From Octopus sinensis (Eukaryota), in assembly GCF_006345805.1 (NCBI RefSeq), contig NC_042998.1, positions 5,270,001 to 5,334,000 of the forward strand: 64,000 nt of DNA. Direction: 5' to 3'. A program made the translations under genes and the position numbers. The notes under the pieces were generated by a model. The model did no database searches, was not told the DNA's origin, and saw only the letters and a program-made list of their open reading frames with translations. Below are positions 38,572 to 53,430 of the stretch, piece by piece (position 1 is the first letter of the stretch; the number at the start of each line of letters is the position of its first letter).

Positions 38572-39439
38572 CATGTGACAGTATTTTTCTGCACCATTCA
38601 CATGTCTGGACAGTTTTCTCTGTCCTGCTGCATTCACCAAGTTAATCAGTTCTCTGTCATGTCTTCAGGTAGAAGTAATTACGCCTTGTTCTTTTGGCGA
38701 AAGTAAAATAAAGAGTGGAAATTTAATCTAGTTACAATTTCGTATTCTGTATTACAAAACTATTCCTTTCTGCTCGTTTTCCATTCTCTGTACTAACTTG
38801 CATTGAAAAGTATAGTGAAGACTCAAATCTAAAGTTCTCTTTATAAGTTGCTCTTGTTACATCGTCTAGAGATCTTTCTATTTTGTACAGTCACACAATA
38901 TAACTTAGAAAACGATGCTGAAGCACGAGTTAAAGGATTTTGGAAAAGCGATGCAAAAATTTAGAATACTTAACATTAACGAGACTTCAACCTTCACTGT
39001 TTTTCTTTTTTACACTAAGCACTAACGCGGATCAATGAAAGAAAAACAGAACAGTTGTTCATAAATGCAAATACCGTACTTTTACAAGTTTAAAATTTTT
39101 ACGAAGCAATCATAGAACAATAAATACTACTCTACAATCAGAGGTAAAGAAAGTGAATTATTTTTTCGACTAGATAGAAATGCAGTATGAAAGTGAAAAT
39201 TTACATATATAGTATGTAAATGATACTGGACTAAAAAAAAATAACTTGAAATATCGTTTTCAATTGGTGAGATATTTGATATTCTTGTATTTGTTTGTTA
39301 TGCCACTTGGCATTGTGAATGATTTCTCGTAGCTTATTTTTGCTTAACTTATGCAAATTAACTCACGATAAGCGTGTTCTACTCTTTTTCATATGTCGAA
39401 ATCTCATTGCTACTGAGATATGGTCGTCGGACAGTTATC

Positions 39440-39586
39440 TTTTCTTTTTCTTTATTACCCACGAGGGGCCACACAGAGGGGGGCACTACAAACATTGGGG
39501 ACATAGAACATCACAATTACAAAGAATGAAAGATGAATTTTGAAAATGATATTATGAAAGTGATGCTAACGGCCCCATCCGCTAGA
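39440..39586 (-). mobile_element. Very short LINE-tail insertion with 16-bp TSD
   Basis: tcgtcggacagttatc at 39424-39439 and 39587-39602; the insert begins (plus strand) ttctttattacccacgaggggccacacagagggg, the same tail as SINE A and the 14229 element. Confidence 0.75.
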
Positions 39587-40900
39587 TCGTCGGACAGTTA
39601 TCGTGCGGATGTCAGTTACTGAGCCAGAAAAGATGTTCACTAACGTTAACGTATCTTCTGACAATAATCCTGACTGAACCTTTAATGGCATATCAAGCTG
39701 AGCAGTGTAATTAAATACATAATTAAATACATGCCGACTCTGACAATAATGAGCAGCCAAACTCATGCAAGTACAAAAAGCGGGCCCTAAACTATGAAAT
39801 GTATATGTGATTGGGTAATTATTTTAAGATCCTGTGTAGCTGTGAAATATTAATCATTTCATCTGTTAACTCAGATGATTTATTAAAACATGACGCATTT
39901 TGCAACGTTTCTTTCAATGATGATATAAGCGACTTCAAATAAGATTCTGTAAAAATTCTCTTCAGTAAGCTAAAAGATATTAAGAGAGATATTGAAATAA
40001 TATAGTTATGAGTTACGATTGGTTTAAGAGGAAAGAGGATAATATTCAGCCTTCATTAAATTTGGTTTTATATGGAAATATGGTTCTGATATTTGTTAGA
40101 GATGAGATTTTAAGATTTCGTACATTCTGATTTTGACACCGCATTACAGAAAACCATGATTGAGCTACACACTAATCAAATTGTTCAAGTTAGATTCAAA
40201 CGTAGCAAATACAGTTTATAGAAAAGAAGTGAAATTGTTATAAACTTTCCCAACGCTATGCAGGAATATAGCGGTTTATCTTATTGCTATCCTTAACTCT
40301 TACTTTGCTGATTTAGCTTTAACCAAATGACTTAATATTAAAACCTTGCAACCGACTTAATATTGTAAGGAGATATGATCTTCGTTTGTCACTAAAACCG
40401 TTACAATCAGATATTGCAAAATTTTCCATTTTGCGCTGCTACAAATTTCACACGGAATGAGGTTCAAATCATAAGAATATGTATACATAAAATACACGTT
40501 ATCAATGTTAGTCTTTGGCAGTCCTTCTAACTTATGCTTTTAATGCACATCCTTTTTATCGAGGAGACACCCTAAAAGAAGAGTTGATAGGTATTAAACG
40601 GGAGACCTAGCCCGGGTGCCTGCAGCAGAATGGACTTCCCTAAAGATCCGAAGGTGCCTGGATGTAGTACAGTATTAAATTGGGCGATGTATTCAAGTTA
40701 TTATTGAAGTGGGTGGGCAAAGGTGAGATTTGAACTCAGCACTACAAGACATTCTATTCGAAACATTAGCATATCTGCTATTTACCGAATGATACAATAC
40801 TGTTTACTAGTACACATATATGTAGCCTTTCTATAATCTACGATTAAATAATTTATCTATGATAAAAGTGTAATTTCAAATATTCTTTTCATACATATAT

Positions 40901-41060
40901 ATTCTTTTCTACTCTAGGCTCAAGGCCCGAAATTTTGGGGGAGATGGCCAGTCACTTAGATCGACCTAGTACGCAACTGGTACTTAATTTATCGACCCCG
41001 AAAAGATGAAAGGCAAAGTCGACCTCGGCAGAATGTGAACGTAAAGACAGACGAAATACC
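40901..41060 (-). mobile_element. SINE family A, truncated
   Basis: ctggtacttaatttatcgaccccgaaaagatgaaaggcaaagtcgacctcgg. Confidence 0.8.
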
Positions 41061-44000
41061 TGTAATTTTAAATATTAAGATGTGTAGCGTTTTGACAGAG
41101 TCTTTAAGTAGGTCGCACAGGTCAGTTGATTTCAATAGAAGAGCATGATCAAAAGAAGAATGAAAAACGATAGCTGAACATACTTAACATGAATACTTTT
41201 TTTGGCAACATTTGGGATAAGTAGTCTCAGTGTTTTGATGATTCTAATAATGAACTATTTTGTATCGAGAGACCATAGGTCTCTGGTTAGTGGTTAGAAA
41301 GGATTTTTCCATAAATGTTAAACTCATACCACCATCTTTTTCTTTCAGGATTAGCATCACTGGTGATGTGGAAACTTCTAATAGTAGGTGGTAATTTTCT
41401 GGTTTTAATGGCCTAAATCACATCTAGAATCCAATTGAGTTACAAAAAAATTGTTGTCACAATATTTGTATGGTTACATGTTCCGTCTCAGATGTGTCAT
41501 CATAAGATATACTATCATCTATTCATAGGCACTGTATATCGACAGTATATCGACGTATACTGAAAAAATATTTGACTTTAGATACTGACAACGATAGTTT
41601 GCCCGTAATTGTTTCTCTTTTCTCTATAAGCTAGTAATATTTATCTTGGCGAAAGCCTACCGTTTTTCCTTTGTGAATATCATAATCATTCAAATCGTTA
41701 TTTCTTGTTCATATTTTTGGGCATTTCTTCAAATATTTAACAAAGAAACTGCTCATATATATCTCTAATATACTTTGAGACAGTTGTGTATACTTCAGTA
41801 TCTTCTCCAAAAATGTATAAAAGATTCACTGCAAGTAGAAACGGCAAAGCAGTGAACCTGTTTACTTGAAATATATGCCACCCACCGCTCACGTGATATT
41901 TTACTCTATCAGAGACAATGTAGTCACTTCGCCTTGATGGAAGAGACTGAAATTAATTGATGCATGGATTTCACTATAGTGCCCCTGAATTTTAGTCAAC
42001 CAAATGGTCAATAGCATCCATGAGTGCGGAACTGAATCGATTTCTTTCTTGTCATCTAATCAGACTTCGACAAAATTTCCCTTATACCATCGTACTGTCA
42101 TATCATAGATTAGTTATTTAAGAGATGTTCAGCACATCCCTTAAAACATTCAGAACTCGTTTATGCTTTTTATACATAAGAGTCCAGTATTTAATACGTC
42201 GTTCGTTTTGCTGCTACACTAGCAGCATCATTCTTTCGTATCAAACTTGATTCTTTCGATGCCGGCGAGCTCGTTTGAGAGTTTGTAAGATGTTAAATAA
42301 CAGCGAATAGAATGGGTTTTTTTTCTGTAACATTGCTGACAAAGTCTTTCTAGTGTTTTTTCTTACGTTGAATTTTTTATCGTAATCTCAAGAATCATTC
42401 CATTGATGTTGTATGTCTTGATGTAATATTTCTGATACTTTCATCCTACTTCACTGCATGTTTGCTACGTTCATTTTTGAGTTGTTCAGATTTTTCTCAA
42501 GTTTGAATCCGTATCATCTGTTAACTCTTTTATTAACTTACCTTTCATTTATTTGCACACTGTTGATTTCTTCCAAATTTCTTCTAAATTGTTCTTCTTT
42601 CGACTGTTCTCATATTTCTCACTGACACGCTTTAGCACTTGGGTGAGGGTTATCAATATTTATTTTCAAGAATTTGTTTTGTTGCCTTCAAACCCGGTTT
42701 ATACTTTGTTTTAATGTTGATCAACAAGTGTAGCTAGTTATCTACTTATATTGGGTAATATTCCTACCTAGCTGACGGGCTCCCGTAAACTGAAGATGCT
42801 ATTTCCCTCTCCTCTGGTCAACTTATGATATTTAAATGTTTATATTTTGCTTATTTGATCATTTTCATGACACGGCTTAATATTTGTGGGAAGGGAATTT
42901 AAACAGGTGTTGTAATATACTAAACTGAGGGGATATTCAATTTAAATAAACCCACCGTATATCTTTAAACACTACCAACATCAGTTTTCTGTGTTCCTTG
43001 CAAATTCTAATTAAATAAGATCTGCCTTGAAGCCACCGTTTTCGGAAACCAATTAATCTTCTTTGTAAAACATTATAATCAGAGTATGTTTCAGGTGTTT
43101 ATATTGCTCCCTGTCTTGCTCACGTTACACTTATTACCGCGGCTGGTACTATAATCCCTTGAAGATACATAGGGATGATTAACTTAACTAAGAGCTGACA
43201 TGATGGCCAGATGAGGCTAGTCACTTGTCCAACGTGTTCTCATACACACTGCTGGATAAGCATTTCATTAACGACTACTTGTATACCGTTTACCCTCTGG
43301 AGAATATTACAATCAACAATATTTCTCAAGCATTCAATAAATCTTGCTTGCTGAATTTTTTTTTCTTTGTGAAATTATTCATTTCTGAAGCTCGCCAAGC
43401 ACGGTTCCATTCTACTCATATAGCCGAGAGAGGGATCGTTTTTGCTATTGTATAGCAATTGATAAAGTTTTTAAGAACATAATTCCAAGGAAAAATGCAC
43501 TTCATAATTTCGAATTTTTTATAGTGACAGCTAAAAATGCTTTGCTTACTTTCTTTATCGTCTTCCTCTGCTCTTTGCCGATGTTATTCATGGCATCGTT
43601 TTCAGATATGCACTTCCTTGTGATTATCTATTGGAAGAATTCAAGTTGCGTCAAATATCGGTACGATCTTGACTTAAAGATTTCTGCAAAAATTGGTCCA
43701 GAACAACAGCTGTTTATTCAAAAACGTCGGTAGTTGTGCTATTGATATTATCAGTGGTAGCCATTGAAACTCAATAAATTGTCTCACAACAAATATGCCT
43801 CTCTTAACAACCGAACATCCACTACGTAGTTTGCATGAAAATGTATGTATAATTGTTTTTGCATTTGAGGTAATGTTAAGGTTTCAAACCTATTACTAAT
43901 TGTTAAAATTTCCGTCTCATGTAATTTTGCATATGAAAGTTCAAACGTAATGAAAATTACTAAAAATCTTTTTTTACAGATGCATAAAATAACTTCCGTA

Positions 44001-44768
44001 TTCATATTCTTTATATGTTCAAAATTCAAAAGCCATTTGGCTTTCAATTAACATTAGAGTTATTAACTTAAGTGAGGAATGTTAGTTAGCTAGTATAAGG
44101 ACCAAAATGTTTTTCTCTATTGGAATATTTTCCTAGAATATAAATATTTCCGGCCAATCAGAAATGTGTGATTAACTTGGTTAATTATATCTAATCTAAT
44201 GACATTAAAATATTTATTGTAATTAAAAAAAAGAAAGGAAATTGGATCCTTCTACTTTGTATCACTTTTAAGCAATAATGGACTTCTTGTGCATTCACTT
44301 CAGTAATTATTTCATATTATAATATTGAATACACAGTAAAATGGTTGCAGGCAACGAATAACAGATTTTATGGAATTACAAACTACTTTATTTTGTCCAT
44401 AAGCAAAACATACATAAAGCAATATTTGTCTTAGTTTCACTGACTGAAAAGTTTTGTTCCAATTTCATGGTTTAGTGATTAGCACTCTACGGCCAACAAA
44501 CTTCAAAAACAATTGCTTCGACAAACAAAAGTCTTACAGCTATCCAGGCAAAAGTACTGAATATATAATGACAAATCAGAATGTATGTTACTGAGTATGC
44601 CGGAGGTGTATTTAAGCAACATTATTTTTCCTTCTTGACTCAGTTGATCAATAAGATAGATATCCAACAGAGAAATATATTTACCTCACTTGGCTAGACT
44701 TAAAAGTGTTCAGTAGAGAAGCAGAAGAAAAGTAGAGATACGGATTAGGAATAGCAATAGTAAAGATG

Positions 44769-44930
44769 AGGCGTAGGAGTGGCTGTGTGGTAACTAGCTT
44801 GCTTACCAACCACATGGTTCCGGGTTCAGTCCCACTGCGTGGCACCTTGGGCAAGTGTCTTCTACTATAGTCTCAGGCCGACCAAAGCCTTGTGTGTGTA
44901 TTTGGTAGACAGAAACTGAAAGAATCCGTC

Positions 44931-44970
<40 letters not shown>

Positions 44971-45204
44971 GTATATATATATATGTGTGTGCGTGTATAT
45001 GTTTGTCTGTGTTTGTCCCCCCAACATCGCTTGACAACCGATACTGGTGTGTTTACTTCCACGTAAACTAGCGGTTCGGCAAAAGACACCGATAGAATAA
45101 GTACTATGCTTCCAAAGAAGTCCTGGGGTCGATTTGCTCGACTAAAGGCGGTGCTCCAGCATGGCTGCAGTCAAATGACTGAAACAAGTAAAAGAGTAAA
45201 GAGT
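44769..45204 (+). mobile_element. SINE family C (CORE-like), full length
   Basis: A box TGGCTGTGTGG, B box GGTTCAGTCC, CORE-like ggcaccttgggcaagtgtctt, internal (TA)n, tail ggcggtgctccagcatggctgcagtcaaatgactgaaac plus gtaaaaga repeats. Confidence 0.9.
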
Positions 45205-46829
45205 GAATGCAATTCCTGAGGAAGGGTCCTGCAAGATGAATACATCTACGGCACAGTTTCGTATCAATGATATGGTGAAATTTTTTAAAATTCGATTAAC
45301 AGAGGTTACCTTGTTATCCGGAGACGAAAAGAAAAAGTATTTGTACGGGTGTTTAAAATCTAATAGCAACGAGTAATGAAGGTAAGTCTATTGGTGTCAG
45401 TCAATTAATCCCAACTAAAGTAAATACACTTTTCTACTGATATATAGAGATATATAACGATCTAAACAGGTTTGTTGTTTTTACTAACTGGTTTTCAGGA
45501 CAAATTCCCCTCTTAAAAGCATCGTTTATATTTTCCAAAAGTTTCCATTCGCTGATATTATTCGAGTTATCTCCCTTGATTATTTCTTCATTAATTCTAA
45601 ATACGCCTAAAGGTAATTTTTGTCTTTTATTGCAAGTATAAAGTCATTCGAAATTTCTCGAATCACTATATTACATATGTGACACAATCTACTGTAAGTG
45701 TATTTAGGATACAGAACGCTCCCGTGAGGCAGTATCCATCAACCTTATTAATGAAATATATTCTTTGACATATCATGTATTTAGCCTGTCGCTATTTTGA
45801 TTCCCAGTTGGATATATTTCACTTAAAGTGTTAATGCCCTTGGTGAAAACTTAAATGTCACAGCTTCAATTTCTTTTACGTATCTAAGTTGCTAATTTTC
45901 TTTTTCAAAATCCTGTCAAACAATTTCAGAATTTGTTAAACTGTTTGATTCCTACCAGCATATAAAAGATGTATATAAAAGCTTTTAATAAAAGAAAAGA
46001 AACGTAAATGGGGAAAAGACATTATTGAATATTATTGAACAAATAAAACATTTTTGTCTATCTGCGTTGGACATCAATAATACCTAAATTGAGACATTTT
46101 CCTTGGAATATTTAACAGAATAATTTAGACAATTTGGCAACAATGGACGAGATTTCGTTTCTTTTGTTTCTCTGTGTGTCTATTGTTAACTTCATACTTA
46201 AAAGAAATATAAACCTCATTTGATTGTCATGTGCATGTAAGAATATTTATTCTTAATGTTTTTTTTAGTGTCAAAGTTCATTGTTTTTTCGTTTTTTTTC
46301 TTTGTACAAAGTTGTATACAAATGATACATGCCATAGAGAAATAGCTATATATAAATGAATAATACTGTTTTAGAAAAGTAGAAATTAAATTACTTCAAA
46401 TGAAAATATAAAATATTTATTGCATTTTAGATGAAGAGCCATATACACTGTTTTTCACGCCGTTTACTTCAAAGTAGAAAAAGAAGAATTTATCCTTTAT
46501 TGCTGTTTGTTAAAATTAATAGCAAACTTTTTTCCATTAGATTCTAATAATCATTCTGACTAAAATAATATACTATTCAAAGCTACGTTATAGCTTTTGT
46601 TTTAAAGCAGTCTTTACATATATCGTAGTATAAATTTTAATAGTTGAAGATAATTGATAGATACTCATAACGATTATATTAATCGTAGATGCAAAATCAT
46701 GCTACTGCGATGTATGATAATTCGTTTACTAAATGAACCGAGAGATTGGTAGCTGGACATATGTAAAGAATATTCAAGTGTTAGTTGCTTTTGTGCTAGA
46801 TTATCATAATAACTATAAACAAAAATTAT

Positions 46830-47030
46830 GATGTACTTGCATAGCAAGTGAGCTGATCTGAGATCGTGTGCTGAAACTAAAACAATTGCAGCGCAGTAAG
46901 TGTTTATAAGTCATTTAAAAACAGAACGCAAAAACTGTTAGATTCACTTCGACATTTAAATTTCATTTAATTTGAGAAAAAATTTTCGTCGCTTTTGGCA
47001 AATTAAATTTGAATTATGAAGTGAATCTAT
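46830..47030. repeat. Interspersed repeat ending in an imperfect fold-back
   Basis: tagattcacttc..aattt (46938-) pairs with aaattaaattt..gaagtgaatcta (-47029). Confidence 0.5.
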
Positions 47031-47131
47031 AAACAGAAATATGCCTGAAAAACTACCAAGATAGTTCGAATCTTGGGATCCCTTTTTTGCAAAACAAGCA
47101 TCTTAATTATTCAGCCATTTCTCTGTCCTTG

Positions 47132-47186
<55 letters not shown>

Positions 47187-48057
47187 TATATATACTTTAT
47201 TTGTATATGCATACATATGTGTATCTTTGTATGTTAACATGTGCGTATGTGAAATATTTATATATAGGGTTTACATTAGAAAGAAAGAAGGCAGTAGATT
47301 ACTCGAACTTGAGTGTCAAACAGAATGCCTTGCCGTATTTAGTTACATCCCTTTAACTACAAATTCTGTCAAGTTTGACTCTACTTTCCTTTCTTAAAGG
47401 GTTAATAAAATCGACTATTCTTAACGTCCGCACTCTTCCTCTATTTTTATTTATCTTCCTCTATTTCTTTTAACTTTTATTGTCTGAACTGAATAATTTT
47501 CACTGAAAAGTTTTGCTAAGATCGAAACGTGTTTGTTGATTTTACCCGTTGATGTAATTTCCAGTGAGTGATATTAAGAGAGCTCCTGTTATCGGTTGTT
47601 GCTTGTAGATTTTAAATTAAACTAAAAGATTTGCCAACTAATCGCGTGGAGAATCACTGATAATAGATTTTCAACTCGCCATATTGCACATATAAGACCC
47701 TGACGTAATATGCTAGTCCTTGTTCCTATATTGTTTAGTATTTAGATACATTCCAAACTATTTCATGGCGAGGATGGACCGGATATCAATTCGCTGAAAC
47801 TAAGTTGTCACACATGAAACGGGTACAAAATACATTTTGATCATAAGCGTGCAAAGTAGCAATTATTATAAGGGTACAACATACCTCAATAGTATTTCAT
47901 TGCATCATTCATTAATACAACAACGTTTGTGGTTTCGCCAAACTGCAGGTGTGTATCTTTCATGAGAATTTCTGTCTTTATAGATATACTTTTTACACAT
48001 TTAGTTTTGGTAAAACTGTAGTACCATTGTTTTTCTGTATTTTGGATTATCTGCACA

Positions 48058-48089
<32 letters not shown>

Positions 48090-48345
48090 ATTTTATATAT
48101 ATAGGGAGAGAGAGAGAGAGATCTTGTTTTAGCTTTTGTTTATTCAGAGAGAAAACTACATTATCTAAGTTTTGGTTGCTTGTGATGGTATGGAATGATT
48201 TTAAAGAGAGTCAGCGACTACTTTTGCAAGAGGAACAACTACGTAGATGTTCTCTTATTCACTTATTCAGCTAGAGAAATTGCTGTGTCAGCATGTGATG
48301 TGCATGCATGTGTGCGAGTATATATATATATATATATATATATAT

Positions 48346-48497
48346 GTGGCTGTGGTAAGACGTTTGCTTTACAACCACCAGGTTCCAGGTTTGGCCTCAC
48401 TGCGTGGCAACTTGGGCAGGTGTCTTCTATTATAGCCTCGGGCCGACAAAAGCCTTGAGAGTGGATTTGGTAAACGGAAACCGAAAGAAGCCTGTAG

Positions 48498-48555
<58 letters not shown>

Positions 48556-48700
48556 TATGTATATGAGAACCAGTATTGGTGTGTTTACATCACCGTAATC
48601 TAGAGGTTCGGCAAAATATACCGATAGAATGGTTACTTGAATAAGTTCTTCAAGACGGCGCTCCAGCATGGCCGCAGTAATGTCACTGAAAGGAAAAAAA
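48346..48700 (+). mobile_element. SINE family C
   Basis: Same head, core and tail as the 44769 copy. Confidence 0.85.
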
Positions 48701-48761
48701 TTGTAAAATAAGAAGAGCACTCAGAGAACGCAAACCTCCGCCAAGGCAACACCAACGTCCT

Positions 48762-48900
48762 GATTTCTTTATTTGGCACTACGGCCATAACATAGAGGGG
48801 ACACTACAAGGACACAGAAAACAATACAGAAAACAGCGGATGAAAGGATGAATAAATGATAAATGAGATGAAATGACTTACCACCCCTCCCCTACAAGCA
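48762..48900 (-). mobile_element. LINE-tail fragment related to the 14229 and 39440 elements
   Basis: tttctttatt...atagaggggacactacaaggacacaga. Confidence 0.5.
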
Positions 48901-49248
48901 GGAAGTTCTATTTTACTGTTTATGTAGATCGTTTAACTTTTCGGTTCAATATTCTATTTTGTATCTTTTTTTCCTTTTTTTTGTCTAAAGTCACTAGTAA
49001 TTCAAATTTTATGTAGCACATTAACTTACAGTTCATTATTCTTTTTTCCCCATCATTTTTTTAAATGTCTCAATTTTAAAATTACTGTATTCTATTAAGA
49101 ACATTTAAAAACATTTAAAATGCATGGCATGGGCATATTTTGTAATTCCACGATCATCGCTGGTCACAGAAAGTGCCTTATTCACCTGAATCTTAATGTG
49201 TGTATGTGTGCGTGGGTATGTAATTATGTATAAATGTAACTTTGTATG

Positions 49249-49290
<42 letters not shown>

Positions 49291-52200
49291 ATATATAATC
49301 TTATGTTCTTGTGAATACATTGATGCCTGTCTTAGATTACTATATTCTTACTCCCTTAGCTTTTTTGTGACTGTTTATCATTTAATTCAGTTTCACAAAG
49401 TCCTTCCAAAGTTCCATGCCAAATTAAAGATCCCTAGACAGAGCTGATTTTGGATTTTTATTTTAATTTTGGTTGGGAATGTTTCCTGTTAGTAATGTAA
49501 CTACTTTGAGATAAAAAATATCACTCTCATTGCCATTTTAATTCAAATTTTCACTAGTGAATTTTCTTCCTTACGTCTCGTAAATCAAAAGAAATTTAAT
49601 AATTTTAACTTCAAAGAAAGTAATAGCTAAATTCCTGTCTGAAAGACAGACAAACTGTATAGTTATACAACTTCTTCTAATTTAATAATATGTATTCTTC
49701 TCAAATTTCTGGATGTATATTGCCTTCACGGAAACCCACTTTCTGCATTTACGTTTTCTTCCCAATTTACCCCACCGTGCTTTATATTCTGACGCCATAT
49801 TAATCTCTTTACCTGATGTCCAGAAATGCATTTTTCTTTTGTTCTCTCCCAATCCATATTGGGACTATTTTAACTTGTATGATCTACATTCAAACTCAGC
49901 TGCAATAATTTAACCCGTTCTGCGCATGCTCTAATCTAGGAGCTTTAAAAGGTTTAGGAATAGATTTGTCTCTTTAAATTAATTATGTAAAAACTATATA
50001 ATTTTCAGTTGTTTTGAAATAGCTAATAATCAACGGATGCCAGATACATGACTTGAAAGCTAGCTATTTGGATTTTGCTTCAAAACACCTACAATTAGAA
50101 TAATGATAAAGTATACTAAGTCTTTACCTCGTTAAAATTAAGCCAGCATGTGGAAATACTGTAAAATATTGCGTAACTGTCAAAAGTGATAGTTTAAAAG
50201 AGAGCCAATTCACAGATGTTATGTCAAACTAAACAAAATCCGAGCTGCATAGTATTGATTATTGATTTTTGCATCGTTCTGATGAGACTTTATTTGAAGG
50301 AATATTCTAATCAGACGTTACAGAGTATTTGATCATAATGCAGAAGCAGATTAGCAGAACCTTCACCCAATTCTCTCTTTTCAAGTCCTGACTGAAAAGA
50401 TAACCAATTTAAAGGCAAACCAATCTCAAGAAGGCATGGCTTTGATGTTGGATAAGAAATCTGGGTTTTAAAGTTATATCAAGTATTTAAAAGAAAACTA
50501 ACCCACTTTTATCACACCAGTTTAATAATAGAACGCCATTTTAGCCTTACTGTCTTACTCGAACGAATTTTAAATCTCTCATAAGCAAAACATTCTCAAT
50601 TCCTTCGTATGAACGAGGACATCTTACAAATTAATAATATCAATTAGCATTCTCATTCTGATGGCAAAGGTTAGCTTATGGATCGATTATTTGTCAAACA
50701 ACCATGAACTTAATAAAGACCTTTTGTATTTATTGTTCCATCAACTGATCTATATCATTCCACTCTTTGTTTTCTTTCTCACTTTCATTTCCTTTCCTTT
50801 CTAAATTAGCATAACGCAATTCAAATATACATTACATGGAATTCTCATTACAATCTGGTGAATTTAAAGTGGACATAATTTCCATGCATATTCAAAGAGC
50901 GGTAAATTTCTTTAGTAATATTAGTGCAACAATTTTCCACCGACACACCCACAAGAACGCCGGCACGTGTAGCAACAGAATGACAATAATAACAAAAGCA
51001 AACATTTCCTCTGCATACATACGCAGAATAGCTCAAGAGGTTTCCCTACCACCAAAAGAAAGCATATTGGCAGAGTTGTGAGGACGTTGTTCAAAACGTC
51101 TTGCTCTATATTTTCCAACTCTCTGCTTGAGTTCGAATCCAGTAAAAGTCATCTACTATCTTCATCCTTTTGGGGACAGTGGATTTTTGGGAATGGCTAG
51201 AAAAACAGACTGCAAAAATCTACCGGCTCTTGATGCTCTAAATTCTTAGTTGGTATGCTTAATCTACTGCACGTTGTAGCACCACCTCTTGATCTTTGAA
51301 TATCCGCAGAGAAATTTTTACTTTTATAAGCATTCAAGTCAGGTCTCAGAGTTTAGGAAAACGACTTCCCTTTCTCCCATCGGTCTCGGAGATATGAAAA
51401 ATAAAATCTCATGTACACTACCCGTCATCCTTAGATCGCCATGTATATTTTCGGTATAAATGTATCCTTTTGGAAAATAGAGAATATCATAACTACTGTT
51501 TCGGAAGATCCAGCTGATGCCAGTTGTGTTGAAAAAATGAGTCATGATAAGATACTATCAGATTTTCTTTCTTCCTTTATATTTCACAAGTCTTTCTCAG
51601 AACCTAAGTTGTTTATTATAGGGATGTCTTCCAAAGAAGTTTAGTACGTATCACAAATCCAGATTTCATAAGCGATGTTTGTAATTTAGTTGTTACTGAC
51701 CTAAGGGTACCCACTTCTATTGGTATGCCTTCAATCTCTCTCCTGCTCCAAATATTGTAATTTTTAACTTTTCCTGTTTTCACACCACTTCATCAGTTTT
51801 CTCCCTTTCAGATATTCTTATCTCTTGGTGAAGCTATCTTAATTATGCTACACTGTTTTAATGAATCCTTCGCTCTCCATATTACCGCCAATAATTATTC
51901 CATATTTCTTATTGCTGGTGCTGGAGGATTTCTGTTCTATTTTTAATTAATTTTTGATTAAAACGATTTGGGTTGCAAAGATTCGTTGTCGTTTTCCATT
52001 TTTTCGAAGATGTCTTGTTCCAGCCGTTCTTGCTTGGGAGCAACATTCTGTGTTACATTTCTGCAATTGCAATTTCCTTTCTTTCTGGTTGTTGTCGTTT
52101 TTTTTATTTCATTAACTATTCAAATATCTTTTGGTTTATTTTCCACCCTTTTCTATATTATAAGCAAGGGTTTTGATATTCTTATGCGAGTCGAAACGGA

Positions 52201-52980
52201 GAAGTATTCGATTTCCTTAGTGACTATCATGTTTGTTGCAAATATAGTTTCGCACACGTGTTAGTGTCCACTTCCATTAAATCTATGATCTCAAGGTTTC
52301 ATATTTATTGCTATTATTTATTACAGAGTTTAATTCTTGGAAAATATTTTCCTAAGTTTACAGAAAAATCTATTAGTTTTTAATTCTCTTAGTATTTCAA
52401 GCTTTAAATTAACATACTTCCTGACGAAGTTTCTTGCAGAAGGGATTTTGAGAATATAAATATTTTGACTAATCTTTACGTATGATATCTAGACCAGTTA
52501 CTTTGGTATACTTTACCATATTGAAATGCATGCCAGCAATGATTGTGTATAATGCTGCACAACAGTGAGAAACGTAAGTCTTAAAAATGTGTTATTTGTG
52601 AATTTACATGAATCAAAATTGATATTTTTTAGAAGTAATATAATCTTTCAGGAATCATAGAGCACAGTTAGATTTAGAGAGTATAGAGGTGTTAAATGTG
52701 ACGGTTCTTATACGCAGAACGGTGCTACATGAAAAAGTGCAATGTACTGGAAAGGCGATGCCGCGTAGTATGGGAGGATTTTGAGAACATGAAAAGGAGA
52801 GTGGGTCGGTCTTAGAATACTGGGCTACATAAAGAAAGCTATCACCAAGGGATTATGTTGAGTGATATGTAGTGCAATTGTCAAATCCTTGTCTGCATAG
52901 AAATTTCGATATTAAAATTATGTTGGGATGGTAAAGATGAGGAGGAATAAGGGGAATGATTTTGAAGATGACTGTTGTTG

Positions 52981-53021
<41 letters not shown>

Positions 53022-53335
53022 CGGATGAGAATATCTCAGATTTTAAATAATTCACGAAATTAATTCCGAAGCTGATCAAACGTGTATTATTCATTTGCAA
53101 CTGTTACTTTTGTTGTTTAACCCATGCTCAGCTCATAAACAAGAAGCTCAGTAATCAAGGGAAATTCAGCTATGCTAAATGCATCGTTTTCCGGTAAATT
53201 ATGTCTAGAAGTATATTTTCTATTGTGTCATTTTTTGAAACAATTTAACGCGCTCTCAGAGAAATATGGGTCATCTTTGTAGAAAATGCAAATGACAGTG
53301 TACATAGTTACTCGTTGCCTCGAATCCACAACAGG

Positions 53336-53430
53336 AATATGGCTCAGTGGTTTGGGTGTTTGGAACCCGATCATTACATCGTGTGTTCGATTCCTGTGGC
53401 GCGTGGTGTATCTTCAAGCAAGGTATAGCG
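53336..53430 (+). mobile_element. Old tRNA-derived SINE head
   Basis: A box TGGCTCAGTGG (53340), B box GTTCGATTCC (~53384); no full cloverleaf. Confidence 0.55.

Noticed and set aside
47500-47535. CTGAAAA..GATCGAAACG hammerhead-like words
   Set aside because: Core is mutated and stems I-III do not pair convincingly.
51450-52260. Minus-strand purine-rich, coding-like stretch (also 16980-17450 and 49700-49900), perhaps decayed retroelement ORFs
   Set aside because: Too many stops and no motif I can name with confidence.
53336-53400. Possible tRNA gene (also the heads at 8349, 44769, 56078)
   Set aside because: A/B boxes are present but there is no complete cloverleaf; the sequences continue into SINE bodies.
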